A stretch of DNA of 64,000 nucleotides from Camelus ferus. Taxonomy: Eukaryota. Below are positions 13,931 to 26,098 of this stretch, piece after piece (positions within the stretch are counted from its first letter, which is position 1; each line of letters begins with the position of its first letter). The stretch lies in the NCBI RefSeq assembly GCF_009834535.1, contig NC_045697.1, forward strand, positions 7,132,001-7,196,000, given 5' to 3'. A program made the position numbers and the translations under genes. The notes under the pieces are model-generated. The model searched no databases, had not been told where the DNA came from, and saw only the letters and a program-made list of their open reading frames with translations.

Positions 13931-16900
13931 TTTATGCTGATGACAGACTTCGACAAGGGAGACCTAGGTCATCTCCTGAAACTGATCATGCATCACTTTT
14001 TCCCAACTGATACACCCATTTGCAACTTTCCTCCTTTTCGGTTAATCAATATTAGGGCCCTTCCCGAAACATATTTTCTTAAGACATATGAAATGCACTA
14101 AGCTAAAAAGAGAAAAAAAAAACTTAAAAACTTTAACTCTGATCCTACAATCAAGAAACTAATGGCTCTGAGAAGCCGTGAAGCCTGATGCTGGTGGGTT
14201 TCAGGTAGCATAATCACAAGGAGATACTGGCCTATTGTATGAAATCCTCTCCCTCATTTAATGTTTAGCATATGCAATCCACACAGACTGTTCACAAACT
14301 ACAAAATTAGCATTAAAATAGACCAAATGAAATTTGCAGGAAAAGCAAGTTAAGTAATTCTGTACATTTTTTCACCAGTGTTTTAGAACTGCCATAATGC
14401 TCTGTACATACATTTTTTTTTTTTTTACTTTCTCATAATAATCTTTCAATCTATATTTTGCCAGGGAAGAGTCTGAGGCCCAGAGAGGGAAAAATAATTT
14501 GTTTAGGGTCCTGGGGCAAGAATCCAACTCCAAATCCAGCTAGCCATCTTACCATTCATTCCCCACTTGATTGTAGGAAAAGGTTGGCCTGGCTAGGAAG
14601 TAGGGATTCATCCCTGGGATTGAAGGAAGATACTCACATCCAACCCAGATCTCTCCCAGTAGCAGCTGGAAAGTTACAGCTTTCCACAAGAGCTGGAAAG
14701 TCACGGCATTTCCCACAGAGCAGCTAGAAGGCTGCTTCTCTCCAAGACTGCTACTCGCCTTTACTTCTCCAAGACTGCCTTTCAAACAAACATCCTGGCT
14801 TAGTAGCATGCCCTGAAACCTGGATTCTCAGCCCTGACCCCAAATACAGACTCAGTTCCATCAGGACATCAGTACCTTTCATTGTCCCTCTGTCCAAACT
14901 GGCCTCAATAAAAAGAGCATGACTCAGTACTCAGTGTGGGTTTGTGCCACCCTGGGCAGAATTCTGGAAAGGGCACGGTGCACCAATCGAGCAATTTTAT
15001 GTCAGCCAGTCCATATTCCTAGCCCCTTTCTAGTCCCATCAAATTTTAATTCAAGATAAAGACTTCCACATTGTGTTTCCCTTCAAGGAGCTCTTAAGGA
15101 CTTTTCCAGTAAGATAATTTCTTCTTTTGATAACAAAAGCACATCCCCCGTTAATATTGTAGAGTCCAAGTAAAGGGTTCCTGAACATCTACAATGCGGA
15201 GGACTTGAAGTTTTATACAGGGCATAATAACAGCACAGCTAAGAGCCCTGGGCTTTTCCTGATCCTCTGCAAGTTCAAGGTAGCACTTTCTCACCAGTTT
15301 CCCAAGCAACGAATCTCCCATCTTAAAGCTACAGTGTTCTGTACACCAGGCAGCTTCAGTCTGGATCTGAAGCCCAGAAACACTGCAGAAGATGCCTCAG
15401 TAAGGTACCCTCACTGGATACTACTGTCTGTTGTAATTAACTGCTTCGACTTAAGAGTGCTTAGTCACGAAGTTGTGGATCCCAGTTGAACTTGGCAGAA
15501 AGAGTTAGAGGGCACCCACTGAAGCCCTGTGAGGCTCCTTGAGAAGCTCATCTTTCTCTGCCTAGCGCTGGAGAAAATCTTATGTAACACAATGGTCCAG
15601 TTTCAATATGTTATTTCTGCAATCCTAAGGGCAGGGGCAAAAAATCTAAGCACTGGAAATACAAAGAGTAAGTCGGGGATTTGCAGCTGAAGAGTCCACC
15701 GCCTGGAATTTCACTAGGTCAGGCTTATTCGCATCACACCCAATCATTATTGAGAAACCAGAAAGCAAGACAAATTCCGAACGCCAAAGGATGGGCTTTA
15801 GAAATGCAGGGAGGCAGAAATTGTGTTATCTCCCCCTCTTTTTTTTTTTTTTTTTTTGGATGAAATTCCTGACATTAACCCTTGGGTGGAAGTTGGTAAC
15901 TGCATTTCAACAAAATAAGGTAAGATTTGGCTGCAAAGCAAGAACGCCAAGTAGGACCCAAAAGATTCTGCGGCTAAACGTGCGATGGCCACAAAAGCAG
16001 CCGAGGACCGGCGCCCGGGCGCCGAGGGACTCTCATGAGGATCTGCTCCCGCAGCGAGCGGAGAGCGGAGCCGCCGGGCAAGTGGTGCCTGGTTTCGAGA
16101 GCTCTGGCTGCCAGAGGAGGAGCGGGCGCACTCCCTCCTCATCCCTTGGCTGTTCCTCGCGGCTGCTCCCTGCTAGCAGGGAACCGCTTCTGGGGGAGCA
16201 GCGAGAAGGCAGGAGATTTGGAGTCGCCTCCCCAGAACCCCCCCCCCCCAAAAGCATCTCTGTACAAGTAGTGGATAAAAATAGCCAGCGGATAACGCTG
16301 GGGGGAGGAGCGAGACTCGAGCGAGGCAAAGCAAGGATAAGACTGGTCCTGCAAAGTGGAGGGCGGAGGAAGAGGAGATGCAGTCTTCTCCCGAGAGAGG
16401 GGCCTGGGTATGCGAGAAAGCGTGGAGGCCCACCCGGCGGAGGGGATGCGATGGAAGACGTACAGAGCCGGCAAACAACTGCAGAGCCCAGTACACCTAA
16501 CACCCCATGCCCTGCGTCCCGGGTTTGCTCCCGCCTGCTCCTCCATCCCGTTTTTTGCCGGCTCTAGAAGCGGTCCTCAGGCTCCCGGGACAGGCTGGGA
16601 CCGAAAGAGGGAGCAGCGACGGTCTGCCCCCTGGCTGGGAGAGCGCACCTGGAGACTGTCAGGCTCCGCGAGCGAGCGTGCCCCTGGTTCGGAGCAAGGG
16701 GTCTACACGCTCCCACCACGGGTTGGAGCCCCGCCTCCCCTCACCCTCATCTGCCGTCACTACCCAAGGTGCTCGAAATAGAAACAGAGGCAAAAAAAAA
16801 AAAAAAAAAAAAAAAAGGTAAAAAGTGACATGAAAAATCAGAACCGTGCAGTAACTGGCATTAGGGAAAGAGGCTACTTACAGTCTGTCGCCTCAATCTC

Positions 16901-17434
16901 TCTCCGAGCATCCCCACCCCTCGGGGGATGCCCCATCCCTTCTCTACTCCAAAAGCAAACCAGAACAAGGCTTCCCCACCCTGGATGCTCCCTCAACAGA
17001 CTGACTTTTTGCTGACTGCATCCCCGCTCCAGTTCCCAGCCAAAGTGGTACCTGGGCTTCGCTGCGCTTTGCGGTCCTGCTGCCCCGCACGATCCTAGGG
17101 AGAAGCGTTGGGCAGGAGCGAACCTCCTGACTCTGCTGGGGAGTAAGAAAAAAAAATCCAGTCCACTAAGTCAGAAACCTGGGTACCTGCCGTAAAAACC
17201 CGTCCCTGAAGACTTGCAGAGCTGAGGAGCCGAGGCAGGAGGTGAGGAGGATGGGGAAACCCCTGGTCTCTCTTTCCTTTTCCCCACTACGTGTACTCCA
17301 CTTGCTCCAGCCCGGGCTCACCTTGGGCTCTGCGCTGGCCCTAAGTCCGGTATGCCAAGTCGGGGCACCTCGATCGCCCCTCGCCTTGCCACTCCCCAGA
17401 CTGGCGGCCCCCGCCCCGCGCGCGCCGCACTCAC

Positions 17435-17715
17435 CTGAGCCGCGCCACCTTCTAGCCGGTCCGGGGCCCGAAGTCGGCTCTCGGGCTGGGCCATGGGCAG
17501 CGCCGTGGAGCTCCGGCGGCCGGCGGAGTGAGCTTCGGCACGACCCTGCGCAGGCGGTGAGGCACGGGCGCCGGCACCCACTGCGACCCGGCAGTGGCGG
17601 CGGTTCGTGGCTGCCCGCGCGCCGGGGACTTTGCAGACGCGAGGCTAGGAGATCAGACCCGCGAAGGGGAGGAGCAGGAGGAGGAGCAGGAGCAGGAGGA
17701 GGGGACCGAGGAGGC
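17435..17715 (-). other. HS3ST1: Non-coding first exon (5' UTR), probably HS3ST1 exon 1; 5' boundary approximate
   Basis: Minus strand reads ...CGGCTAGAAGGTGGCGCGGCTCAG|GTGAGT, a consensus donor with intron starting at 17434. CGCGGCTCAG is how I recall the human HS3ST1 cDNA reading just before TAATTGAAGG. A long intron 1 with no coding exon and a gene-free upstream region fit that locus. Not database-verified. Confidence 0.62.
17668..17700 (+). repeat. Interrupted (GGA/GCA)n trinucleotide tract near the presumed TSS
   Basis: ggaggagcaggaggaggagcaggagcaggagga. Confidence 0.85.
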
Positions 17716-19082
17716 CGGGTCCTGAGGGAGAGCGCGTGGGGCAGTGGAGGAACGCGAGCGCCCACTGCTGCCCGGCCCGCTCCGGTGCTGCCCCGAGCAG
17801 GGCCGCTTGGGGCCCGGCTAGCTTCTCTGCGCTCCAGGCGGCCGGGCTGGGCTCTCGGCTCCCGCTGACAGGTATGGAAAGAGTTGGTTCCTCCCACTCG
17901 GCGAGGCAGGTCCTCGGGTTTCAATCCTGGGAGGTTAGGGGCATTGGGGAGAGGGCCAGCACGGCCGGGAGGGTGGGGTCGCCGCAAACCTGGCACGTCC
18001 CGTCTATCCCCTCACTCTTGCTAGGGAAGGGTCGGTTCGAACCTCGAGCCCCCGTCTTCTTCCACTTTCCAGCCTCGCAAGGTCCCCGGGACCTGCGCCC
18101 CTCCCACGTGCGTCAGCAATGCCTTTTTCCTTCCAGGCAGGTGCCCCCCTTAGGCGTCGCTGCTCCCTGCACCGCCCAGGGGGAGCCGGGCTGGGACGCC
18201 AGCGGCCACGCAGCCTGGGTCGGAATGCGCGCGAGGAGCCGGCTCCTGAGCGCTCCGTGTCGCCATTGAACGCGCCACCCCCCTTCGGTTTCGAGTCCGG
18301 GAGTGGATGCCGATTCACCAGGAGTGCCACGGCTAGTGCACCAGAACTGCAAACGTCAGCTCGGAAATTAAGCAGGGTATCCCTGCCGCCTCCCCCCGTT
18401 CTCATAGCTGGGAAGTTTTGTGTGAGAACTAGATCGCAATCAGTAGTTCAATTTCAGATTTAAGATTTCCAGGCGCCTGGAGTCTCCTTGGAGAAGCTGG
18501 GTTGCCTGTTTACTCGAGCCAAAGCAAGTCGTCTTCAAAGGAAGATCAGCCAACACGTAAAAAAGAAAAAGAAAGAAAGAAAAGAAAAAAGAGAAAAATG
18601 ACAAATGAACATCAAAGAAATTTATTTTAGATGAGATTTCACTTGATCTTCCATCTTAAATGTTGGAAGATAAATATTTGGAAGAATTCGAGTTTGTCCT
18701 TTAAGATTAAAAAAATAACTTTTCTTAGATTACAAATACTCTCCCATCTAAGTAGTGGATCTTATAGGAAATTGACCATCTCCTTATGCAATGTTACTCT
18801 TTTAGAAAGCAAAGCCATGACCAGCATTTTCTGACTATCTAATAAAGCCAGTGGCATCTGAGAGGCCAAGGCCAAGTCTTATTTTGGAAAATAAGCTTTT
18901 AGGGGTTTTAATGATCGTGGTTGCTTCTCTGAGCTAGACTAATGTTGACATACTTATTTTAGGTAAAAATAAATAAATAAGCAAATTATACAGGAAATTA
19001 TATATATATATATATGTAAAGAAAAAGAGAGAAAGAAAAATACATATATATTTGTATTTTAAAAAGTCACTTTACTCAGACT

Positions 19083-19428
19083 TGTGGTTGGGGGTTGGGA
19101 TTGGAGGAAGGTGGTCAAAAGTACAAACTGCCAGTTACACGTCCCAGAGATGTGCTGTACAACATGGTGACTGTAGCTGGCACTGCTGTATGGTATATAG
19201 GGAAGCAGTTAGTAGAGTAAATCCTAAGAGTTCTCATAACAAAGAGAACTTTTCCCTTCATTCTTTTCTCCTTCCTTTTCTTTGCATTGTGTCTATATGA
19301 GAAGATAGATGTTAGCCAAACCTATCCTGGTAATCATTTCACAGTATGTGTAAATCAAACCATCATGCTCTATGCCTTAAACGTATACAGGGATAAATGT
19401 CAATTATTTCTCAGTAATACTGGGAAAA
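19083..19428 (+). mobile_element. Older L1 3' end (L1MA9-like)
   Basis: aaggtggtcaaaagtacaaact...agtagagtaaatcctaagagttctcat...ggtaatcatttcacagtatgtgtaaatcaaaccatcatg...tgtcaattatttctcagtaa. Confidence 0.85.
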
Positions 19429-20199
19429 GCAAAGTCAGTTTAAAGCCCCTCTTTGAAAAGCCTAAGCATTTAAATTTACATTCGCTTTAAAAGAAGTGTT
19501 TTTTCTCCCCCATTCTGTGAAGCTGTGTAAAATCATGTGTGAGGTTGTGCGGGTCAAATGGTAGTTTAAGATATGCCCCTGCCAATTCCTGGTGTCCTTG
19601 AGCCCCTACCAGCAGCTAAGCCCAGTGCAGATCATGAGTTCTTCAGAAACAGGGAGTGGCTTTGATGTTCTAAGTTGGCATGATTGCTTTTCCTTAAGAG
19701 TTCAAAGTGCTTTTGTGCCCGTAGTCTGAATTTCACAACTCATTTGTGAGATGCCCAGGGAGGCTGGAAGTGATTCCATTTGCACCCTGGGAGCCATGGG
19801 CAGGTTAGCCCATCTGCTTTGTTCTCCACAACAAGTCCTAAAAGGGAAGGAATGAGGACCTGTGGCCCCAGCCCTGAGTCTCTTTTACAAGCTTCACTCG
19901 CACCAAGTGACTCCAGGAAGATCCAGCAACTGGCAAGAACTGGAGGATTGGAATTTTAGCTTCTCTAATTTTTAAAATTTTAGCCAACATTCATTGATCA
20001 ATGATCAATATTCTTAGATAAATAAGAAAGTATTCATTGGTCATTTTGTTCGTATTTAGCATTTTGTCTCTGCCAGAACAGTTGTTGTTTCTTCTTAACA
20101 GCTTTCCCTGACCTATTCCGGGCCTCCTCTGGGTTTTTTATCCACGCATTTACATATCACCAGAACTCAGCTTTGCTATAACAACACCAACAGTGGACT

Positions 20200-20340
20200 G
20201 AAAATATCTGCTTACAGATCTGTCTTCCCCATTAGATTAGAGGTGCTTTGAGCACAGGGACTACGATTTAGTTATCTCTTCCAGAATTTGGCATGGTGTC
20301 TGAAACAGTATACTCTCAAAAAGGTATGTAAACTGAACTT
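20200..20340 (+). mobile_element. L2 3' end
   Basis: tctgtcttccccattagattagaggtgctttgagcacagggact...ggtgtctgaaacagta. Confidence 0.6.
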
Positions 20341-23300
20341 CCCTGAAGAAGTCATGCTTTAGGTCAGATATGGTTCCATCTCAAAGCCATCAGGGTAAGA
20401 ACGGAGGCTTACAGGAGACAGAAGGATGGCCAGCTAGAAAAGTGGGTGTCACTCTCAGATGTGTGGCCTAAGGCTCTCTTACTCAGTGTTATGGGATAGA
20501 AAATGAAGGGGCTTTAGTCGATGATTTCTGATCTGCTCTTATTCTAAGATACTGGTCTTTTTTGAGCACCTACTCTGTGTTCAACACTGTGCCAGGTACT
20601 GAGAAAGAGATGGAAAGGTGAGACATCACCACTGCCCTAAGGGAGCAGGCAGTCTTATCTCAAGGAGAAAGAAGACAGACACCCACAACCCATCTTCACC
20701 AGAACTCTCTGGCATCAGTTCACCAGTAAACTGTGTTCTGCAGAGGATAAAGGCTGCAGGAGGAAATGGAAGCAGAAGCCACTGGCCAGTGCATTGGGTC
20801 AACCATCAGGAATACCCCAGCTGAGACTCAGCCAAGGCTGTGGTGTCAGGTCCTCCACCTGAATGGCATGAGCTGCACCTTTGCTTCTTGCACTGACCTT
20901 CTTAGGGACTACAATTTCCTCATTTTCCAAAAAACAAAACAAAGGCACAGGAGTTTAAAGTTGTGACATGAGTGAGGGGGAGAAATGAGGGCACCAGAGG
21001 AGGAAGTGATTTTATCCAAGGCCGTTCCCCTTCCAGTAAACCTTAGATTCCTAATCCAGTCCTCTTTGTAATTAAACAGCTTGCTTCTGTTATTTTGGGT
21101 TGTTTTCTCTCCCCCAAATATGTGATGAAAGAGAGAGGTCAGGAGAAAGGGAGATGAGGAGAGAGAAAGAGAGAGAGCCTGCTTCTTCGGAAGATGTCCA
21201 GGATCCACTCTCACTCTACCTGCCCGGGCTCAAGCGGATTTTATCTGTAAGGCTACACTGTACAGCTTCAGTCTCTCCTCCCTTAATGGCTGTTTGAATC
21301 TTTCAGGTTAATAGCCTAAGTATTAAGGAGTCCAATGGGATTCCTTATAAGCAGAGGAAATTGAGATCAGGTTAAAAATCCAATTTTAATAAACTTTCCA
21401 AGTCTTGATTTAGATGGTGCACTAATGGCTCTTAAGTGCTGATCACCTGAAAATTCAAACGTATTTTGAAAGGATCCTTGTTGTATGGGAAGTTTGATGG
21501 GTATTGTTTAATTGTGCCTTCCTGTCTGTGTAGAAAGACTCGTGTGTAAAACTGATGAGAGCAGATATGAAATGTGTCTGTCCACAGAGCTGGCTGGGTA
21601 GAGGAGAGGGCTTTGGGTTTGAGAGGTAATTTTCACTCATTTGACCAAAACAAAGAGTGCATGATTACACCGTGTGAAAGCAGTATCCTCAGATAACTCC
21701 TCTAATTTGATGGTGCTGAGGTCTAGAATTGTTTCGGTTTCTTTTGATTTGCTAATTAGCTGGAGCAGACGGCGTGTGAGAGAGAAAATGAGGGTCACAT
21801 CCAGAAAACGTGTAGGATTGTGGGTCCTTCCAATCAGCACGCGCATCACGCGTCTCCCCCGCCAGCCCGTCCAATCTCCCACCTTTCTTTGTACGTCCTT
21901 GAAAACAGCCCACCCCTCTACGATTAACAGATGATGCGATTTCTTTTTTTTTCTGTAAACAGGATTTTCATCCCCTTCATGACACCAGTCATGTGTGGCT
22001 ACACAGGGTTCAGTTCTAGCTTCTGCCTTTGTAAGAACTATCCCTTCAACCAAAATTAATTAATTACTTAAGTCATCCTTTAAAAATAAAATTATATTTC
22101 ATGAAGACATTGGTGTAAAGGTAAATATATTACTTGTAGGTATTGAAATATTTTCTGAGACTGAAAAGTCTTTCTTCTTTTGATTTGAAAATAATTTAAA
22201 ACATTTTTGAGAGGCCCCGAAATTACCTTGCGCATTCCTGACTCCTAATGGAGAGGTTGGCCCTGGCTAGATGCTGATCTTGTAGAGGACAATGCTTAAT
22301 TGATTCGGGTAAAGTGTGTATGATAAATGCAATTTCATACTCATACTTTAGAGCCCATTTGTTGTGTTGGATAAACAACTCTAGACAACGCGCTGCTTTT
22401 ATCTCTGATCCTGTGTCAAACTTTGCCCCAAATTACACCCATCAGTGCTGCAAAATTTACAATATTGCAGGCCTGAAGTGGTCCTCTTGTCCAAATTATT
22501 AGACCCTACTGAGGACTGGAAAGCCTCTGGGCAATGGGAAATTGTGTCACTAGCTTTGATTTCAGGTTAGCTGGGACCAAAGCTGACTGATGCTTTGATG
22601 AGCAGGTCTTGATAATTCTCTCTTTTAGGCTTTATTCAAGGATCCTGGGAGGTTCAAACTCTTCAGGAAGAAAGATAGACCTTTTCCTCTCTCACCAGCC
22701 CTATCAGCTCAGTGGACACATTTACTGCGTGCATCTTGCATAGCAGCCCTGTGGTAGGTACCTGGGCGGAGATTTACCAAGAAGAATAAAAGGTAATCCC
22801 TTACCCGAAGGAGCTCACAGATGTGCAGAACAGAAAAAATTACAATTCAATCTGATAATCCTCATGAGCTCCTGGTTCTCGGTATATGAGGAAGGTCAAA
22901 GGAGCATTTGGGCTGTGATTCTGCCCTCTTACATCCTACCCTGAACTCTCAGCTTCAAGCACTTCCGATATTTCTAGCAGCTCCCTCCTCTTGGAGTCCC
23001 CACTGAAGTCCTCCAGAGTGTGACCTTACTGCCCTGAAAACCAACAGGGCTACTGCCCTCCTAAGCCTTGTTTTGATTCCAGATATTAAATACAGCCAAA
23101 GCTATGGGGAGAGTCTTGAAAGATGCTAGAGGTCTCTGTCTGACTTTTGCTCTCCTTTCCTTATGAAAGAGTTTACAGTGATGCTCACAAGAGCTAGCTA
23201 CACATTTGTCTCCTTTATAGTAGTAACAAGTATTTCACAGAATACTTTGAAACTCCACAACTTAGCTCTAAATGAAAAAAAAAATAGCATTGTATATCTA

Positions 23301-25644
23301 AGATGATCAAGTTGGCATATCTCAGTATATTAGTAACAGTATTTGTTGTAAACTAATGTGAAAATGGCTAACTTGTACAAAGTTAGGAAAATCTATTAGA
23401 CAGCATGGGAAACAAAGAGGAGGTATGTAGAAGTAAATAAAAATCACTGCATTTCTTGATAAGCTTTATGCTAGGAGACCCGAATACATGTTCCTTTTAT
23501 TACCATTTTACATGTGGTCATAGACTAGTAGTTAAGCAAATTCCGGAGGGCATACAATTAGCCATGCTGGATTTAGAACCAGGTCAACATCAAGGCCTTC
23601 TATGTTTTTTTTTCTCCTGTCTCATGATGTAATTCTCTCTTTCTTTCTTAACTGCTTCTATGCATTTTATAAAACTGGAAAGAGGACTCCAGTGATTTTA
23701 TGCTCTGCCTCTAAGTGGAAGAGAAGAGATCTGGGGTTCTCTTCATGCCTTGAAAATTCGCTTACTCTCTAGGACTTATCCACAAGATACTTAAATCCAA
23801 TGTTCATGATATTGTTATAATTGCATTTAGTACACTAACGCTCATCTTAAAAGCTCAGTTCTCAGGGTAGCTGTTTTTCTCTCCCCGCACACCATCCGCC
23901 CTTCAATACAGTAGCTGTTAAGGAGATGCGTCTCTAGACAATGTTATCTCACATCGGGGCCCTTGATTTCACGTGGGCTTCAGACCTCAGCTCTGGTGTC
24001 CAGTGGTGATCAGTTTGTTTATTCCAGCGTCGGGTAGTTTTCTAGCTTACTCTCTGCCAGGCCCAGGGGTGGGCCCAGGAGATACAGGGGTGAACTGGAG
24101 AAGGCGCCCCCTGTCGTGGTAGATCTGAAAATCACAGCGGAGTCAGGACTTCCCTTGGAGGACTGAATGCCCTTCCCAGCTCCTGTTCCTATCTGGAGTC
24201 AGCCTGTCTTTCTGGAGTCACTTCGTCCTGGAAGCTGCTCTGGTTGGCAAGGACCCTCCACCTGCCTTGGGAAGTGCATGGACTTACGTGTTAACAAATT
24301 GGGAAGAATAACTTTAGATGCTCCGTCAGTTCTGCCTTTCTTCCTCTTTAGAGCAAGCTGCCTGAAGGAAGCATCCAACTTGCTTGACTTCTCTGCTGCT
24401 TCTCCGGGGGCCTCCCCAGTGAGGGAAAGGCCCGTCCTGGCCTGACATTGTCTCATGTGGTTGCGTTCTTCAGCCAAGCTTCCCTCTGTAATGAAGTCTG
24501 TGTTGCATGGGCAGGGAGGAGGGGTGTCACTTCTGCTGGTCAACTTAATATCCCCAAACGGATTCACTCCCTTGGTCTCTTTCTTTCCTGGTTGGTTCCT
24601 TGTTCACTTACCCCAGGTGGAGCAGCCCACGGTTAACGCTCATTATGCTATTATAAGTCTCTTGTGACCATGATGTAAACTCCCCCAAAACCGACATTCA
24701 GGAGACAGCACAGCCCCCAGGAGGGCCGGCTCCAGAGACAGGCTGTGGGGGTTCAGATCCCAGCTCTGCAGGATGAGTTCTGGGACTTCACCCAAGTCAC
24801 TTAGCCTCAGTTTCTTCTTGGTGAAGACAGCAGTAACGATGTCCTCCTCACGTTATCGCATGTGCAGCATCCTGCACATGGTACCCGGTGAGTGCAAGTG
24901 CATCGTTACTATAAAAGGGAATTACATCAGACGGACCTACTTTCCTTAAAAAAAGTACAACAAAATCCGTCTACTTTCTTAAGCACCCTGAATGACCTCT
25001 TGGGTTACAGATCCTTTAAGGGAACAGTTCTTCTTATGAACTGACAGCATCTGCCCCAGAGGTCATTGCGGCTTGAAAATCATAGCGGCAAAGGGAAGGC
25101 AAGTTCTCAAAGAGCAAAAGCGTTGGGGTCAGACAAAGCTAAGTATGGATCTGTGCCCTTCTAGTCCATTCACATATCCCCTCTGAACTTCATTTCTTCT
25201 TTTATAAAATAAACACCATGTTTCTCGCCCAGAATGTGGTATTTTGAGATTGAGGGGGGATGATGCAGCTGACAGCCACTAACAGTGTACGGCATGTAAT
25301 AGGTCAATATATTCTGATTTCACTCAATATGGAGATTATTCTGTCTGTCACTGATGAAGTGTAGTGCCATTAACCGGAGCTGTTGGCACTGCCTGAGTTA
25401 ACCTGGATTCACTTGAAAGGTAAGTGACAGGGAAGGGGCAGAGCAGAGCAAGAGGAAGAGCCCTTGGCCCCATGGAAAATGAAACAGCTGAGCCACTATC
25501 TTCCCCGTTACTGAGGATGGGAGGTGATTCTCGTACAGAGCACGTCACTCTCTAAGTTTGCCAGCTCTACTCTACTGCCAGGCATGACATGCTGGAGCAT
25601 GAAGGAAACCTTCCATTCTTCCTTCTTCATCATCCATCCTTGAT

Positions 25645-25717
25645 CTTGGCAGAGTAATGGTCCCCAAAGAGGTCCACATCTCAATACCAGAACCTGTGAG
25701 TACATTATCTTACATCA
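25645..25717 (+). mobile_element. 5' fragment of a MaLR LTR (MLT1D-like)
   Basis: ggcagagtaatggtccccaaagaggtccacatctcaataccagaacctgtgagtacattatcttacat matches the MLT1D start. Confidence 0.75.
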
Positions 25718-26098
25718 TGTTATGAGTTGAATTGTGTCTCGTCCTCAAATTCATACGTTGAAGTCCTAGCTCCCAGGACTTCAGAATGTGGCTACATTTG
25801 GAGATCAGGCCTTTCCAGGGGGAATTAAGTGAAAATGTGGTCATTAGAGTGTGCCCTAGTCTCACATTACTGGTGTCTTTATCTGAAGTGGAGACTAGAC
25901 ACAGTCACGCACAGAGGCAGCCACATGAGGTCACAGGAAGAAGGTGATCATCTTTGAGCCCAGGAGAGAGGCCCTTCCAGCCCTTCCAGTCCTGGTTCCC
26001 AGACTTCTATGCTCCAGAACTGTGAGGAAACAAGTTTCTATTGTTTAAGCCATCCAGTGTGTGGTATTGAATTATGGCAGCCCTGAAAAATGAATACA
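25718..26098 (+). mobile_element. MaLR solo LTR (MLT1A/B-like)
   Basis: TGttatgagttgaattgtgtc...tccagaactgtgagg...tttctattgtttaagccatccagtgtgtggta...aataCA. Confidence 0.88.

Larger units (their letters stand above)
15985..18420. promoter_or_regulatory. HS3ST1: CpG island / promoter of a minus-strand gene (probably HS3ST1)
   Basis: Sharp rise in GC and CpG density against CpG-depleted flanks; GC boxes; no recognisable interspersed repeats; contains a first-exon donor. The island is confident, the gene identity is from memory. Confidence 0.85.

Noticed and set aside
14664..14730. CRISPR-like hairpin repeats
   Set aside because: Only 2-3 abutting degenerate units, no spacers, no cas genes, mammalian context
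15860..15925. Plus-strand ATG with 20 codons (MKFLTLTLGWKLVTAFQQNK) ending at AAG|GTAAGA
   Set aside because: No upstream promoter or acceptor and no downstream exon found; antisense to the likely gene; probably chance
15791..18463. Long overlapping ORFs (up to 276 aa) on both strands of the CpG island
   Set aside because: Low-complexity R/G/P/A-rich translations in several frames at once, expected from stop-codon scarcity in GC-rich DNA; no recognisable domain
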